A stretch of 64,000 nucleotides of DNA from Macrostomum lignano (taxonomy: Eukaryota). How positions within the stretch are numbered: the stretch's first letter is position 1; each line of letters opens with the position of its first letter. A program made the position numbers and the translations under genes. The notes under the pieces are model-generated. The model saw only the letters and a program-made list of their open reading frames with translations. It searched no databases and had not been told where the DNA came from. The stretch spans positions 487,216 through 551,215 of the forward strand of contig NIVC01000939.1 in the NCBI GenBank assembly GCA_002269645.1, written 5' to 3'. Positions 1 to 11,770 of this stretch are shown piece after piece.

Positions 1-369
1 GCTTTGTTTTTAACTATACCCCCTAGCGTTCTCTCACTAGTGTATATGTACATTTGTCTTGGTTTTTTCATTGATTTTCTAATCTAGAGCAAGAAAAGAT
101 TGTATATAATATACTTAGATATTGCCAAAGCAAAAGCAAGATGAACTTGTTTAATTCTTTTTCTACTGTTGGTGTCCTATGTACCCCTTTACTTTTTTGG
201 TGCTTTAGTCTTTTTTACCATATACTTGCTCTGGCTACCTTGTCACCTAGCTAGATCAGCCAAGTTAGCTAATTATTGCATATGTAGGCCTATAACTTTC
301 ATTGCTGATTTTCAGTCCATCGGGACTAAACTGATCAGCTGTGGTGCTGCATCAACACAGACTCAGGCC

Positions 370-3300
370 ATGTCAAGCAGCGCTGAGCAAGAGAAGCAGC
401 AGCTCATTGCCAGCATTCGCCGGCAGCTCCTGGCGCAGAGTAGCGAGGCCAGTGCAACTTTTATTGGGGAATTTTTCGCCAATCAGCGCAGCGCTTCGGG
501 CTGGCGTCAGGCGCTGGCTGAGCTGTTCGCCAATGCTGACGAGGCGGCTGTCAGCGACCGACACTCGCTGCCGACTCTGCAGCTGCGGCTCAGCGAGGCT
601 GCCGACTGCCTGGTGGTCGCCTGCGCCGAGGCTGCTGGGTTCACGTCGGCTGATGTGCGGGCCGTCTGCGCTCTGGGCAGCTCTGGGAAACCGCCCGTCT
701 GCGGACTCTGGAGAGGCTTCGGCTTCAGGTGAGGCTGGAATGGTAGCTTAGGTGAGGCTGGAATGCTAGCTCAGGTGAGGCTGGAATTCTAGCTCAGGTG
801 AGGCTGGAATGCTAGCTCAGGTGAGGCTGGAATTCTAGCTCAGGTGAGGCTGGAATGCTAGCTCAGGTGACGCTGGAATGCTAGCTCAGGTGATGTTAAA
901 ATGGTAGCTCAGGTGAGGCTGGAATTCTAGCTAGGGTGAGGCTGGAATGCTAGCTCAGGTGAGGCTGGAATTCTAGCTCAGGTGAGGCTGGAATGCTAGC
1001 TCAGGTGAGGCTGGAATGCTAGCTCAGGTGAGGCTGGAATGCTAGCTCAGGTGAGGCTGGAATGCTAGCTCAGGTGAGGCTGGAATGCTAGCTCAGGTGA
1101 GGCTGGAATGCTAGCTCAGGTGAGGCTGGAATGCTAGCTCAGGTGAGGCTGGAATTCTAGCTCAGGTGAGGCTGGAATTCTAGCTCAGGTGAGGCTGGAA
1201 TTCTAGCTCAGGTGAGGCTGGAATTCTAGCTCAGGTGAGGCTGGAATTCTAGCTCAGGTGAGGCTGGAATTCTAGCTCAGGTGAGGCTGGAATGCTAGCT
1301 CAGGTGAGGCTGGAATTCTAGCTCAGGTGAGGCTGGAATTCTAGCTCAGGTGAGGCTGGAATTCTAGCTCAGGTGAGGCTGGAATTCTAGCTCAGGTGAG
1401 GCTGGAATTCTAGCTCAGGTGAGGCTGGAATTCTAGCTCAGGTGAGGCTGGAATGCTAGCTCAGGTGAGGCTGGAATTCTAGCTCAGGTGAGGCTGGAAT
1501 GCTAGCTCAGATAAAGCTGAAATAGTAGCTCATGTGATGCTGGGATCAGTGATGAGGCTCAATGATAGCTCAGGTGAAGCTTAGGTGAGTCTGGTGTCAG
1601 CGATGAGGCAGATAATCACCCTCACCCGCCTAGGTCAGTGCTGGAGGCGTCGCACTGCCCCGAGATTCACTCAAACGGGTTTCACTTCGGGTTTGAGTTG
1701 GACAGCCAGCAGCCGCTGTCCTGCCTGCTGCCCGTCTGGCTGGGCGTCTCCAGCCGATGGGGCCGACAGATCGGTGACTTGGACGACTGCGGCGTCATAA
1801 TAGTTCTGCCGTTGCGTCCGGAGGTGAGAGGGGGGACTGAGACTGCCACTTGTAATGCGTGTCCCGTTACCTTTAATTATTTTGTGCCGAAGAATTCGAC
1901 TCCTAAGGGCTACAGACTTTCTGTAAAAACTCACCGTTTAATGGTGTGAGCGTTTCATTAAGCTAATTATTAGCTAGAGATTTATCGATCGCAGTCAATT
2001 TTGCTATTTATTTAGGTAAAGTAGATAAATAATCGCTGGAGGGCGAGGCGACATTGTCCCACAACCAGCAGTGAGGCAATTCTTGATGCTGCCAATACAA
2101 GCGTGCGGATGCTGCACACAGGCGCTCACACTGGAAGCCTTGGGGTTGTTAGCCATAACGTTTGTGCTCCTGCTGTTGAACAGCTAAAGTGTTGAACACC
2201 TGCTTGTTCACCCAGGTGCAGGCCGCCCTGCTGCACTCCGGCGGCCTCGCCTCCGCGGTAGACCCGCGTTGGTTGCTATGCGCCTCCCGTCTCCGCCGCC
2301 TGGTTGTCAAGGACGCCGCCGCCGGTGTCTATCAGTCGTACGAGCTCCGGTTGTTAAGCAACGGTTGTGAGGCCGTCATCGATCGGCGGACGCGTGATTT
2401 TTGTGACGTCGAATTGAAGCCGACCGGCAGCGAGCGCTGGGTTTTCGTTGACGGCGGCGGCGGCGACCTGCAGCTGGCGGTTCCGGCTGAACCGGAGGTG
2501 GTGGCCGCTGCGGACGGCGGCTTCTTTGTTGCCCCGTCGGCTGGGCTGCCGCTGCTGCGGGGCTGCGGCCTGCGGTTCCTGGCCTGCTCGCCCGCCGGCC
2601 TGCTGCGCGTGGACTCCGCCAGGTGAGCCGCTTGAGCTTGTAACAGAGCTCGGATGAGACGATGCCCGTTGAAAACGATACCGTGACAAGAATATAGTGA
2701 CTCTTATAGAGTTGTAGAATCGTAAAAAGGGTGGCGAGAGTGGTCCTAACAATCGTTTTTTGGCGCTTAACTTTCTACTAACTCAGTAGGCTAGTAAGAG
2801 TGCTTTAAACCTCAAATACGACTCTACGGCCCTAGAGTCGTTTTACCGTCGCCCAAGAGTCACCGCAGTGGCACCAGAGTCGTTTCAGAGTGATTCTTGG
2901 GCGACTCTTTGGCGACTTGTACCGTGACATTTCGTCGTTTTAGAGTTGTCTCTTACCTTTCCTATTTTACCTGTTATTTGCGACGACTCTCGGGCACTTC
3001 TTGGCCTAGGTACCGTTTTCCTCGGGATAATATTTAAATAAGGACTTTAGTTATTCGTTACTCATTAAATTATTTAAAGGTTAAGGATGAGATTCTGGCC
3101 AATCAATAAGCAGCGCCAATTTATTCTCAGTCTCAGCTGTTAAAAATCCTCAAATTCGAGTCGAGACAAACCGGGGATGAAGGACTCTGGAAGACAGCGA
3201 CCGCAACTGATGCTACTTATTTCTGAGTAGTATATAAAATAATAAAAAAATCGGGAACTTGTAAGCTAGGAAATGCTTATTTTTTAATGAGATTCCAGCT

Positions 3301-6300
3301 CGCGATAGTCCAAGCTTCTGAAAGCCAGGGATCTAAGCTGATGCAAACATTCCACAATCTGCATGATCGAATGGCACCAGCTCCACCACAATGCCCCCCC
3401 CCCAACTCGCAGGCAGCAGCTGCTGGCCGCGTCGGTCAGCCAAGAGAACGCCGACCTGCTCACCGACCGGCTGCCGCGCCTGTTCGCCGGCCACGCCGCC
3501 GCCTGGTCGTTTGATGACCCGGACGCCTCCGCCCGGCTGGCCGCCTACATCGCCGCCATCCCCCTGCGCCGGGAGCTGGCCGAGCCCGGCCTGGCAGCCG
3601 CCGTGCACCGCTTGCTGGCCCGCTCCGACTGGCTGCCCTCCGATGCCGGCCCGCCTGCCGGCCTACACCCGCCTTCCCGCCTGCTCTTCGACGTGCCCGA
3701 CGCCGTCCGCGCAGCCGCGTCCGCCGGGCTGCGCCGCCACTTCCTGCCGGCTTGTCTCGAACGCAGCCCGGGCGGGTTCTCCGGCCAGCGGGGCCGCGAA
3801 CTCGCGACCTGTCTCGGACTGCGCCAATTCCGACTGCAACTCTTGGCCGAGCCGCTGCTAGCCGATCTGCAGAATCGAGCTCCGGACCTCACCGCGGCGG
3901 ATTTCGGCCTGCTCGGCCACCTCATTAACGAGCTGTGCTGCGAGTCCCAGCCAGCCAATGAGGCCGCGAACCCGGTAGAGCTGCTCTGTGGTCTGCCCTG
4001 CCTGCCCTGCCGTTGCCTTGGCGACCCGGACCAGCCGCTGCGCCTCCTTCAGCCCGACAGCGGCGCGACCCTTCTGTTGCCCGCAGCCAGCGAGCTGCCC
4101 TGCATGCGGCGGGCATTGGCGGCGCTTGAGTCGCATTTCCGGATATTTGTGCTCTGTCCGGAGTTTCTGGCTGCCCAGTCCGGCCAGGCCGGTACTCACC
4201 GGCTGCGTCACTGCCTGGTGGAGCAGCTGGGCGTACTGGACAGCCGGGCTCTGCCAGAGTTCCTCACCGACAGCCTCATCCTGCCTGTCCTGCAGGCCCT
4301 GGCCGGCTCGTCTTGCTCAGAGGCATCTGGCCGCCAGCTCGCCCTGCTCACCAGCTGTCTCATGGAGGCCGCGTCTTCTGCTGGCCGGAGCCTGGCCAGC
4401 CGAGTCCCCCTGCTGACTGCGGACTCGCGAGCGCTGCTGCCCGCCGGCCGGCACCGCCTATTTTTTCCAGACTCGTTTGGCGCCTCGCCCCCGCTCTACC
4501 TGCTGCTGGATGGAACCGCCAGCCCGCCGCCCGAGCTCGCCGACTGGCTGCCGCTGCACCCGACCGCCTACCTGCAGGCTGCATCCGCACCCGCCTCCGC
4601 CTGGCGCGAATTCTTTGCCAACAGCCTCGGCGTTGCCGCTGCGCCGACGTCTCAGGAGCTGCTTCGCCTGCTCGACGACGGCGTCTCTGTTAGGGCGCGT
4701 CGAGCCCTGCTGAAATTTCTGGCCGCCGACTGGCAAGCCGTGAAGGCCGGCTTACCGCAGGCGGAGCTCCCAGCGCTGCTGGCCCGCCTGCGGGAGGCTG
4801 CCTGGATTCCCGCCAGCTGCGTCTGCCGCACCGCCGACCCTGGCAGCCGCGGCGCCTTCCGGCCAGCCGAGGTGTTCGCGCCAAGCCGCCGGGCCCGTCA
4901 GCTGCTGGAGGGCACGCCGGCCGCGGTGCTGGAGGATCTCGACGGCCTCGGTGAGGACAACGGCGAAGCTTTCTATCGCGACGTTGGCATCGTGACGGAC
5001 GCGCGCGATCCTGCAGCTCTGCGGCGCCTGCTGACCGGCTGCAGTGGGCTGCCGTTGGCGCGGCTCAGCAGGGCCGCCTCAGTCAGAATCTACCGCCTCC
5101 TGGCTGCCGACTGTCTCAGCGAAGAGAACCTGGGAGATGGCGTTGAGGCCACGGAGACTCCGATCCTGATGCCAGATGTGGGCCGCAGTCACCTCCAGTG
5201 CCGCCGGGCCACCGAGTTGATGTGGTCGGACCTGATGCCCATGGAGCTGAAGTCCGCGCCCGGCTGGCCCGCCATGCGAGCCCAGCTGCAGCCCCACCAC
5301 CTCAGTCTCTGCTACCCGCCTGAACTGCGCGACTTCTTCGTTGGCGTCTGCGGCGTTCGCGCTGGCCCGCCGCCCCTCAGCCAGCTGGTCGCCGTCCTCC
5401 TCCTGGCTGGCGAGCTTCGCAACTCCGACTTAGCCTGGCGCGCGATCGCCGCTTTTGCTGATGCGCCCGAAGCCGCCAACATCAACCAGCGGCTGCAGGC
5501 GCTCCGGCAGCTGCACAGCGGCGCCTTCCTGCCCTGCGTCGGCGGCGGCTTCTGTGCGCTGCAGGACGCGCCGATTCTTTTGGCGCCAGCGCCAAAGTCG
5601 ACGCGAATTTCGGGGATCGGGCATGACGACGCGGCGACTGCGGAGGAGGGCGCCCTGGCCTTGGCGGCCGCGTACCCCGGCCAGCTGCGCCTGGTGGACG
5701 CCAGCGAGCGCTGTGCTGGCGCCGCCCGCGCCTTGCAAGATTTCTTCAAGCTGCCACCGCCTGGCCGCGCCCTTGAGGTGGCGCCTATCGGCACGGCAGC
5801 GGCCTTGGCGCCGCCGCAGTGGCTGGTGAAGCAGGCAAACTCGGAGCTTGAGGCCGCCCTGACCTGGGCCGCGGCCTCGCACCCGGTCGTGCATTGCGCC
5901 TTGTCGGCCGCTGGCTGCGTCCTGGGCCTGGCCGAGTTGCCCTGCCTGCAGCTGCGATTCCGTCTGCGCTCGCGGCCCGAGCTGGCCGTGGCCGCTCCAG
6001 TGTACGAGGCCCTGGCGGCCCCGGGCGGCGGGCAGCAGGTGCAGCTCTACCAGGATAACGACGGCCCCGCTGAGGTGGTCGCCTTCGTCAGCTCGTCTGT
6101 GCAGAACCTGCGAGACCCCGCAGCCGTCGCTAGCATCTGCCGCCGTCTCGCGGCCCGAATGCTGGCACGGCTGGCCTCCCAGCGTGTCGCCGGCTCCGCA
6201 GCGGTGTCCGCCGCTGAGTTGGACGATTTTCGGCGCCAGCTGATGCGCGCGCATTGGCCGAAGCTGGTGGCACCCGCGGACGGCTCTGTGGCGCCGTGCC

Positions 6301-6783
6301 GCGTCAGACTGGCCGCTGTTGGGGAGCGGGCGGAGCTCCGAGACACTGTGAGTGTCTGCTGTGAGACTGTGAGTGTCTGCTATGAGACTGGGTGTCTGCT
6401 GTGAGACTGTGAGTGTCTGCTGTGAGACTGTGAGTGTCTGCTGTGAGACTGAGTATCTGCTGTGAGACTGTGAGTGTCTGCTATGAGACTGGGTGTCTGC
6501 TGTGAGACTGTGAGTGTCTGCTGTGAGACTGTGAGTGTCTGCTGTGAGACTGAGTATCTTCTGTGAGACTGTAAGTGTCTGCTGGGAGACTGAGTGTCTG
6601 CTGGGAAACTGAGTTTCTGCTGTGAGACTGAGTCTGCTGGGAGACTGTGAGTGTCTGCTGGGAGACTGAGTGTCTGCTGTGAGACCGAGTGTCTGCTGGA
6701 CATAGTTACTCTTACATATTTGTGTCTATTATTTGCAGATTCCAAGCAACAGCGCGCTGGACCCGAGAGTGGAGGCTTTCTGA
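370..6783 (+). CDS. Sacsin/NO VEIN-like protein with N-terminal divergent GHKL (HSP90-like) ATPase domain; 5 exons, 1311 aa
   Basis: Exons 370-728, 1634-1823, 2216-2622, 3413-6347 and 6739-6783 (stop TGA 6781-6783). All introns are GT..AG with consistent phase; total 3936 nt. Joining exons 1 and 2 rebuilds ELFANADEA...GFTSADVRAVCALGSSGK...GLWRGFGFR|SVLEASHCPEIHSNGFHFGF. This matches the sacsin/NOV-type pattern ELIQNADD...GF...IRALC.VG.STK...GEKGIGFKSVF...PEIHSNGFHF.F (family motif knowledge, no database search). An AG at about 315 could indicate an additional upstream exon. Confidence 0.8.
727..1585 (+). repeat. 23-bp minisatellite (CAGGTGAGGCTGGAATGCTAGCT)n, about 37 units, starting at the intron 1 donor
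   Basis: GTGAGG recurs at 729 and 752 (period 23). The first unit supplies the real donor. Confidence 0.95.
2665..3026. mobile_element. Degenerate palindromic MITE-like element in intron 3
   Basis: Imperfect terminal inverted repeats (CCCGTTGAAAACGATACC...CAAGAA versus TTCTTG...GGTACCGTTTTCCTCGGG). Central inverted pair GTCGCCCAAGAGTCAC (2848-2863) and GTGATTCTTGGGCGAC (2890-2905) with 1 mismatch. No clean TSD. Confidence 0.55.
6340..6700 (+). repeat. 21/19-bp minisatellite (GAGACTGTGAGTGTCTGCTGT)n at the intron 4 donor
   Basis: The array begins at the exon 4 end. The first GTGAGT (6348) is the phase-consistent donor. Confidence 0.93.
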
Positions 6784-6950
6784 CTCAAAGCGAGATCTCA
6801 AGAACGTTAAATTGTTCTTCATGCGCTGTTGACAAACTGTTGTGGGCCTTTTGCTTTTTCTTTAAAGTTGTTTGTTTCTTTGAATAATCAAATTTTAATA
6901 CGCGGCTCCTACAGATGTCCAATTCGATTTCTTGAAACTGAAGCAATTCT

Positions 6951-7207
6951 AGCAGTGGAAACCAGCAGTGGAAACCAGCAGTGGAAACTAGCGGTGGAAA
7001 CTAGCTGTGGAAACTAGCAGTGGAAACCAGCAGTGGAAACCAGCAGTGGAAACTAGCGGTGGAAACCAGCCGTGGAAACTAGCGGTGGAAACTAGCGGTG
7101 GAAACTAGCGGTGGAAACTAGCAGTGGAAACCAGCAGTGGAAACCAGCCGTGGAAACCAGCAGTGGAAACTAGCAGTGGAAACCAGCAGTGGAAACCAAC
7201 AGTGGAA
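6951..7207 (+). repeat. 13-bp minisatellite (GCAGTGGAAACCA/GCGGTGGAAACTA)n
   Basis: About 19 tandem units directly visible, downstream of the sacsin-like gene stop. Confidence 0.93.
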
Positions 7208-7854
7208 AAGTAAATTTTAAGCTTTTGTTTTTTTACAGTCTGTTTTCTTCCTTTTAAAGCATTTAGTTTTATAGCCATAATAAATTCATAATCTTTCAAG
7301 TTCGAAGTTATTTGATGTTCAAGTGAAATTAGTGAGTGCTTTATTTATTCAGACTTGCTAAGACCCGAATCTTGACGCCATTTGCGCTCAGCTTTTGAAA
7401 ACCGGGACTCGGCCTCGGCCTAAATCACCTTATTTTTTATCAGTTCCCAGCGTATGCCAACTTTGCTTGTTTGTGATTCAGAGCTGCTACTGTGAGTAGT
7501 CTAAATATACTTCAGCGAGTTTTACTTAACGGCTTTGGTGGGATTCTCTGAGAAATAACCTATTTCAGTCAGTCTAATCTAAAAGCAACTTGCAGTTTCT
7601 TTCTGCCTGAGTTAACTGGAAGCATTGACTCCACTTCTGGACTGCTGGACTGCAAATTCATTCGGTTTTTGCGACATTCGATTAATCTAAATCTGAAGTG
7701 TATAAATATTGCTGCTACAGTCATTAACCCTAGCCTAGTCTTGAGTTGTTGAGTAGAAAGCAACCTTTAGTAATAAGATGTGTGAATGTGAAGCGGGTGT
7801 GTAAGTACGAAGTGAAACTGAAAGACTTGCCAATAATGAGTGCACAGTCCACTC

Positions 7855-7866
7855 TGCGCATGCGCA
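7855..7866. promoter_or_regulatory. Perfect palindrome TGCGCATGCGCA (NRF1/Ewg-type consensus site)
   Basis: Exact match to the palindromic NRF-1 consensus. Function is not demonstrated and no adjacent gene start was identified. Confidence 0.25.
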
Positions 7867-10126
7867 AAGCAGACAGGGCTGCAAATTACTGGGCAGATGG
7901 ATGGCAGCTGTTAAGCAGGACAGGCAACCACAGGAATAGCGTGGAAAAGAAAGAAGGGAATGGCGGATTGGCGGCATCTCGTTTTCATAGATCTGTCCTC
8001 TAGCAAGGCGGGGCAAGGATGGCTGAGGTGGGCCGGCCAAGGCTTGGGGTATCGGATGGGCTGAGAGGAAACTCGGGTCAGGGGTAGAGAAAATTCCAGC
8101 TGCGATGGTAAATAGAGAGAGTGTACATCGGTGTACACTCAGCACTGTACATTGGAATCGGAGGAGGTGGGCCGGAGAGAGGAAAGAGAGGCTAGTCCCA
8201 GTATTGACTGGGGAAGGAAGGCCAGAGAACGGACCCCCGCTGTGAGCTATCTGCCTCACCCTCCTGTCTGCTGTTGTGCAAGCGGCCAGAAGGGAAGGAA
8301 CCAATTGCATCGCGGGTCACACAGCAGGCCCCTCAAACCATTTCAGGCTATACAGCTCGGGTTGCCCAGCCTTAGCCTCACCGTGCTATTGATTGATCAG
8401 GACCAGAGAATTCTGTTTTCTCACTGCCTTGCCGTGTGCGCCGACTCAACTACTGAATTCATTTCCACTCCAGGGAGATTTTCTTCTTTAATAAAAGGCT
8501 CTGCTCTACCTCATACCAGTTGCAAAATTTCATTCTGCCCTACTTTCAGCGCTGCGATTTCTGCTAAGCTGCTTCTGCTACTTAACTGAGTGGAATTTAT
8601 ACGGTAAGACCTAGATATTAAAGTGCACTTTTCCGATTTTAATTCGCTTTGACGGGTGCCAAAGGGCGAAAACAAATTGAATTAAAATAACGCGCCCGCG
8701 ATGCCATCGATACCAAAACGCAAATATCGGACTGTTGAATAAAAAACTGAACTTTTTAAATATCAATTCAATGAAAGGCGAAAACTGGAAGTTTTCGAGT
8801 ACAGGATCAGGCTTCCGAGTCCGAGCTGCTGCTGCCTCTTGTTCGCAGTATGCAATTAGTTAATTGCAGTACACTAGTCGACAAGAAAATTTGAGTCGTG
8901 ATTGGACACTGACAGGGCTCAGCAGCTCGCATCTGCCGCAGAAGTAATTGATGAAGAAAATTATCAGAAGGAAAAAGAGATGGAATTGGAAACTTCCTCA
9001 CGGCCACGGGCCCTTTCAGCTCACTCAGCGCCAGATGTCCCTATTGCAGCGCATGGCTTAAGTACGCCAGACGCCTACACAACCTGCGCCACGCTGTGAA
9101 ATGACTTACCTGTGAAAGAAACCATAAAGCAAAGTTTTGGGTAAACGGCAGGAGTAACTATGACTGTCTTATCAAGCCTAAATGCCTCGGCATCTAATTA
9201 GTACCGCGCCGCGCCGTACTAATTGCCGCGCGCCGTACGCGCTGCGCCGCGCCGTATTAGATCCGCGCCGGACGCCGTCTGCCAAAATGCCCATGCGCTG
9301 CAATCAGGCCAGATGTGACTCGCCCAGTCCCATTTTTTCCCTTCTCTTCTCCCGTCGCGTGCTCACGATCGGATGACAGGTGGTCTCAAATGTGTGCGAC
9401 TTTCATGCGATGGACTGATGGAGCTGCAGGTGCAATATTATATAATCTGAGCTGAGGGTTGAGATCCAAGAAGACTTAAAGATGCAGCTGCTAAATTCAA
9501 AGGATGCTGATCAGCTCTGCACTCGGCAGCCTCTGCTCAGCTCAACCCGGCCGGCGCAAAGTATTTCCATAAACTGGGATTTTCTTCCCAGCCTATCTAA
9601 TCTATAGCCGATATATTGAACTGCATGCAGTCGGTCAGAGCAGAGGCTCCGGAAATCAGCTCTGCTCAGCTCAGCTAAGGGCAGGGCTAACACTAAACAA
9701 GCAAGAGCTGAGAGGAGGGTGCGACCGAACTCCGTGTCCTTGACTTGCTGACTTGCTTGGGTGTTCATTTCTAGCTAGTTGATTCGTATCGAATGCTCAA
9801 ATTTGCACCTTACAGTAGCAAAACATTCGTTCGTATCTCATTTCTAGTGCAAAGTAAATGACCTAAGCTAAATGTAATTCAAATCGGCGCCGAACTATTT
9901 TAACGACAAAACCACATTTTGGCGCTTCAGTAGCCTAAAAGGCTCTTAATCTGCATTCAAAATGACGTCGCAAATTTTAAAACACGAATTGCTTATTTTA
10001 CGACTTTTTTTATTTGTATTCTGATTTTTTATTTAATTTAGCTTTCTAGACGAGCGTTTTCAAAGTCGAAATATATCTGTTACTCTTCGCTCCATTTTCC
10101 TTTGTCACGTGACCCGCAGCATTAAC

Positions 10127-10990
10127 ATGTCCGGCCGCAAGATCCTGATCCCCCTGGACGGCTCCCAGCACGCCGAGGCTGCCTACCAGTGGTACCTGGA
10201 CAACATCCGCCGGGACGGTGACTCGCTGGTGATCGCGCACATCCTGGAGCCGCCATCCCTGCCGTCCTTCTCGCTGAAGAGCGGCTTCAACGTGCCGACT
10301 GAGGAATGGCGCAACATCATCCTGGAGAGCGGCAAGAAGGCCAAGGCTCTGGAGGAGGACGTCTCCGTCCGGGCGATGCAGACTCACCTGAAGGTGCCGG
10401 AATCCGGGACTTCGGGATCCGGGACTTCTGGAATCCGGGATTTTGGGAATCCAAGACTTCAAGAATCTGGGATTTCAGGAATCCAGGACTTCTGCGACTT
10501 GCGACTTGCGAATCTGCTACTTCTGAAACTCGGGTCTTTAGGAATCAAGGATTTTCGGAACCTTGGATTTTGGGGAGATCTGGGACTCGACTTCCGGGAT
10601 GTTGGACTCAAAATTCCGGGATCTGGGGCTCGAAATTCCGGGATCTAGGACTCGGCCTTCCAGGATCTGGGAATCAGGGCATTCTGAAATCACAGGATCT
10701 GGGATTCGGGGCCTCAGTATCCCTCACCGCGCCACCCCCCTCAGATGGAGTTCGTCGCCGAGCCCAGCAAGCGGCCGGGCGAGGCCCTGGTGGACATCGC
10801 CTGGCGCACCGGCTGCAACATGGTTGTCATGGGAACGCGCGGTCTCGGCGACGTGAAGCGCGCTTTCCTGGGCTCGGTGTCGGACTACGTGCTGCACAAC
10901 AGCCGCCTGGCCGTCACCATTGTGCCCGTGAAGCTGCGCGACAGCCAGGGCGAACGGCGCCCGAGCCAGACCGGCGGCGCCGATGCCTGA
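10127..10990 (+). CDS. Universal stress protein (UspA-like), 2 exons, 170 aa
   Basis: Exons 10127-10393 and 10745-10990; intron 10394-10744 (GT..CAG, phase 0). N-terminus MSGRKILIPLDGSQHAEAAYQW. The C-terminus VMGTRGLGDVKRAFLGSVSDYVLHNS contains the G-2x-G-9x-GS ATP-binding motif of USPs. Confidence 0.93.
10400..10715 (+). repeat. Degenerate GGGAT/GGAATC-rich tandem array filling the USP intron
   Basis: Recurrent GGGACTTCGGGATCC, GGAATCC and GGGATT motifs from just after the donor. Periodicity has decayed. Confidence 0.65.
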
Positions 10991-11329
10991 GCTGTGAATT
11001 CGCTGGGGACGCCCGACCTGCACTTCTACAAGTGACCAACAGCACTGATGTAGCATAGCCCATAATACTGCGTTATTAAGTAAACCTGAGTGACTTATTA
11101 GGCCTGCACTTAAAAGTCTTTATTGTCGCTACTCACTCAGCTATAGGCTTCTTCTTCTCTACTGTAACCGCAATAACCCGTGTTTTATTTAGAACTGCTT
11201 CTCAACTTTTGTTAGAAAGCTATTAATGTTATAACTAATACCATTGTGCTTAGTTTGCACACCTGCAAGTCCCCTGTGCTGCAGCTCCACTCACCCACCA
11301 GCTTTGTAGGGACGAATTAGCCTGATCCG

Positions 11330-11770
11330 GGTCTGGGATTCGAGATCCGAGACTTGGAATTCGGGATCCGGGTCATGAGATTCAGGATCCGAGTCATGGG
11401 ATTTGGGATCCGGGTCATGGGATTCGGGATCCGAGTCATGGAATTCCGGATCCGGGTCATGAGATTCAGGATCCGAGTCATGGGATTCGGGATCCGGGTC
11501 ATGAGATTCGGGATCCGGGTCATGAGATTCAGGATCCGAGTCATGGGATTTGGGATCCGGGTCATGGGATTCCGGATCCGGGTCATGAGATTCAGAATCC
11601 GAGTCATGGGATTCCGGATCCGGGATCCGAGTCATGGGATTTGGGATCCGGGTCATGGGATTCGGGATCCGAGTCATGGGATTCCGGATCCGGGATCCGA
11701 GACTTGGAATTTGGGATCCGGGTCATGGGATTCGGGATCCGAGTCATGGGATTCCGGATCCGGGTCAGCG
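11330..11770 (+). repeat. 21-bp minisatellite (GGATCCGGGTCATGGGATTCG)n
   Basis: Period 21, seen as 7-aa repeats in the ORF track, with many GGATCC palindromes. Confidence 0.93.

Noticed and set aside
169-369. N-terminal extension of the first ORF from TTG 169
   Set aside because: Non-ATG start in AT-rich sequence. Coding-like composition starts near ATG 370.
3333-6346. Overlapping antisense and alternative-frame ORFs in GC-rich exons (also 17400-18113, 18457-19524, 45575-46852)
   Set aside because: Expected shadow ORFs from high GC3 codon usage, with no recognisable motifs.
7735-8589. ORFs 7735-8310 and 8131-8589
   Set aside because: No domain features or coding-like bias. Probably a decayed repeat.
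8902-9768. Short ORFs 8902-9099 (+) and 9511-9768 (-), and the CGCGCCG-rich patch at about 9200-9270
   Set aside because: No motifs and no phase-consistent splice partners found. Could be exons but unsupported.
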